Below, in pieces: positions 1 to 1,127 of a stretch of DNA of 1,127 bases (the first letter of the stretch is position 1; the number at the start of each line of letters is the position of its first letter). The DNA comes from Naegleria gruberi (Eukaryota). The position numbers and the translations under genes were made by a program. The stretch lies in assembly GCA_000004985.1 (NCBI GenBank), contig GG739541.1. One strand, written 5' to 3'. The notes beneath the pieces were generated by a model. That model did not search any database. It was not told where the DNA came from and worked only from the letters and a program-made list of their open reading frames with translations.

Positions 1-42
1 TTTGGGTGCGAGAGGCCGTGGGTTCGATTCCCACTGGTCCCC
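1..42 (+). tRNA. 3' portion of a tRNA gene truncated at the window start, probably tRNA-Pro(UGG) of eukaryotic nuclear type. The parse is anticodon loop tTTGGGt (1-7, anticodon TGG at 3-5, U33 and G37 in place), anticodon stem 3' strand GCGAG (8-12), 5-nt variable loop AGGCC (13-17), T-stem GTGGG (18-22), T-loop TTCGATT (23-29), T-stem CCCAC (30-34), acceptor 3' strand TGGTCCC (35-41), discriminator C (42). No CCA is encoded.
   Basis: Seen in sequence: a perfect 5-bp T-stem flanking the canonical TTCGATT loop (Pol III B-box GGTTCGATTCC at 21-31), a 7-nt acceptor 3' strand, and T-runs immediately downstream. From memory of nuclear tRNA-Pro(UGG) sequences, the string CTTTGGGTGCGAGAGG and discriminator C73 are characteristic (not searched against a database). 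The isotype rests on the TGG triplet being at positions 34-36. The 5' half lies outside the window, so the fold cannot be fully verified. Confidence 0.7.
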
Positions 43-76
43 TTTCCTTTTAGTTGTTTTCCTCAAATTGTTTTTA
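43..76 (+). terminator. Oligo-T Pol III termination zone downstream of the tRNA-Pro 3' end: TTT at 43-45, TTTT at 48-51, TTTT at 57-60 and TTTTT at 72-76.
   Basis: Seen in sequence: runs of four or more T on the non-template strand start 6 nt after the discriminator base. Established knowledge: Pol III terminates at short oligo(dT) tracts. The exact stop site depends on the organism (T4 suffices in some lineages, T5-6 is needed in yeasts). Confidence 0.55.
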
Positions 77-489
77 AAGTGTTAAACATATGTATGAATG
101 GGTATTATTTTAATCTTTATTTAATTTGAACGACTACCTCAAAAACAAGACGCCATTTCATATGAAGCATGTTTGCTCCAATTACTCGTAACATCATAGA
201 TATTCATTGCTGCTACCAATTCGTCTTCATACAGAAATCCTGAACAAGAGAAGCATGCTCGTGGTGATTATCGTGATGCAGAGAATAACAATGAATGGTT
301 GTTTTGTCTCAATCTTTTTTGGTTTTTTTGAAATGAGTGGACATTTTAGGTCAGTGTTATCTTAATTGATTATCTTTATGGAACCTTGATAGAATTGAAC
401 CAAAATTTCACCATAGAAACTATACATTCTATGAACAATAAGTATATGAGAATGATCATCATATGAAAACGATTAAGGGAGAAAGAGAC

Positions 490-493
490 AAAA
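490..493 (-). terminator. TTTT run on the - strand (AAAA on +) starting 3 nt downstream of the tRNA-Leu discriminator, a putative Pol III terminator.
   Basis: Seen in sequence: the - strand reads ...CTTCTGC-A-AA-TTTT-GTCTCTTTC just past the tRNA 3' end. Established: oligo-T is the Pol III termination signal. Only four T are present, so efficiency depends on the organism. Confidence 0.5.
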
Positions 494-495
494 TT

Positions 496-576
496 TGCAG
501 AAGGTGGGATTTGAACCCACGAAGCTTGCGCAGTAGAACTTGAGTCTACCCCCTTTGACCACTCGGGAACCCCTGC
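496..576 (-). tRNA. Complete intronless class-II (long variable arm) tRNA-Leu(CAA), 81 nt, read on the - strand. Acceptor 5' GCAGGGG (576-570), TT (569-568), D-stem CCC (567-565), D-loop GAGTGGTCAAA (564-554), D-stem GGG (553-551), G26 (550), anticodon stem GTAGA (549-545), anticodon loop CTCAAGT (544-538) with anticodon CAA (+ strand TTG at 540-542), anticodon stem TCTAC (537-533), variable region TGCGCAAGCTTC (532-521), T-stem GTGGG (520-516), T-loop TTCAAAT (515-509), T-stem CCCAC (508-504), acceptor 3' CTTCTGC (503-497), discriminator A (496). No CCA is encoded.
   Basis: Seen in sequence: every cloverleaf element is in place, including a 5-bp Watson-Crick anticodon stem, a perfect 5-bp T-stem, and U33/G37 flanking the CAA anticodon. 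The acceptor stem pairs 7/7 but includes two adjacent G-U pairs (G5-U68, G6-U67). The B-box GGTTCAAATCC and the CCGAGTGGTC D-arm are as in eukaryotic nuclear tRNA-Leu/Ser; from memory, plant nuclear tRNA-Leu(CAA) shares CCGAGTGGTC, AGACTCAAGTTCT and CGTGGGTTCAAATCCCAC. The variable-arm stem is weak, at most about 2 bp (GC-GCAA-GC). Confidence 0.8.
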
Positions 577-1127
577 TTCACACTTTTAAGAACAACTTGT
601 TTTTCACATTGAAATAGACCAATAATTCATTTATCTTTATCATCCACACCACTTTCAGAACCCCAATGTAATTGGGTTGTCTCGCCAACTTATTCAAATA
701 TTTTCTTGAATCTTTGCAACTTGAATTTTTCCCAATATTTTTACCATAACTTTTCCTCGCAACATTTCTCACTTTCACAACCAATATAACATCATTGAGG
801 TTGCAAGATTGATAAAACCATTGACTGTACTTCTACAGGATCTTTTCTGTAGGAATACATAAACTCGACTTTTTTGAGTCAATCTGACCTTTGAGGTTAA
901 CCAAGATGAAGACTCTGTAGTCACATATCTTGAGCATGATATCGAACTGGAAACATGCTTCGTTGTAGGTTTCCTCGTTCATAGATGATTGCTGCATTCC
1001 TTACCAGCCATGGTTTGTGAATGGGGGATTTGTGAACATGCAGATTGGTACCTTAAACTTTTTATTAATTAATAGAAAAATCACGCCTTTTTGGCAAAGT
1101 GAAAGATTCCAACCTTTTATAATCATT

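Noticed and set aside
192-360. About 56-codon open frame on the + strand (…ILNKRSMLVVIIVMQRITMNGCFVSIFFGFFEMSGHFRSVLS*)
   Set aside because: It is below any sensible length threshold, and its hydrophobic/Phe-rich tail derives from the oligo-T tract. It has no start-codon context of note and no recognisable similarity.
578-784. 68-aa ORF on the - strand from the six-frame track (MVVKVRNVARKSYGKNIGKNSSCKDSRKYLNKLARQPNYIGVLKVVWMIKINELLVYFNVKNKLFLKV)
   Set aside because: It is Lys/Asn/Arg-rich and low-complexity, as expected from translating a purine-rich strand of AT-rich DNA. Its stop codon sits 1 nt from the tRNA-Leu 5' end, so it occupies the Pol III upstream flank. I recognise no domain or motif. 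At 207 nt in a eukaryotic context, a chance open frame is likely.
862-880. Possible hairpin CTCGAC-TTTTTT-GAGTC
   Set aside because: Only about 3 bp of true complementarity (GAC/GTC or CTC/GAG), which is not significant.
1064-1073. Palindrome ATTAATTAAT (contains TTAATTAA)
   Set aside because: A short A/T palindrome is expected by chance in AT-rich sequence, and there is no supporting context.
1-1127. Ty/retrotransposon solo-LTR near the tRNA genes (TGTTG...CAACA termini), as commonly found next to yeast tRNA genes
   Set aside because: There is no TGTTG on the + strand. The single CAACA (760-764) has no matching partner terminus in either orientation, and I see no target-site duplication.
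1-1127. Prokaryotic-style content: CRISPR repeats, a defence or toxin-antitoxin operon, sigma-70 promoters, rho-independent terminators
   Set aside because: I see no regularly spaced direct repeats, no multi-gene ORF structure, and no GC-rich hairpin plus U-tract terminators. The tRNA genes are of eukaryotic nuclear type, so these models do not apply.

Overview
This window looks like non-coding eukaryotic nuclear-type DNA (about 35% GC) with two convergent tRNA genes of RNA polymerase III architecture. One is the 3' portion of a probable tRNA-Pro(UGG) on the + strand (1-42), truncated by the window edge. The other is a complete intronless class-II tRNA-Leu(CAA) on the - strand (496-576). Both have canonical B-box T-arms (GGTTCGATTCC, GGTTCAAATCC), lack an encoded CCA, and are followed within a few bases by oligo-T runs, which is the Pol III termination signature. 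The D-loop CCGAGTGGTC and the stretch CTTTGGGTGCGAGAGG match nuclear (plant/fungal-type) tRNA-Leu and tRNA-Pro as I remember them, not bacterial or organellar forms. I find no convincing protein-coding gene. The single 68-aa ORF on the track is a Lys/Asn-rich reading of a purine-rich strand directly abutting the tRNA-Leu 5' end, and I reject it. I see no CRISPR array, mobile-element termini, rRNA or prokaryotic operon structure, and no evidence of a novel multi-gene system. What remains is minor: an unusual acceptor stem and short variable arm in the tRNA-Leu, a strongly G-depleted tract, a small hairpin, short direct and inverted repeats, and a 20-codon ATG-initiated mini-ORF.
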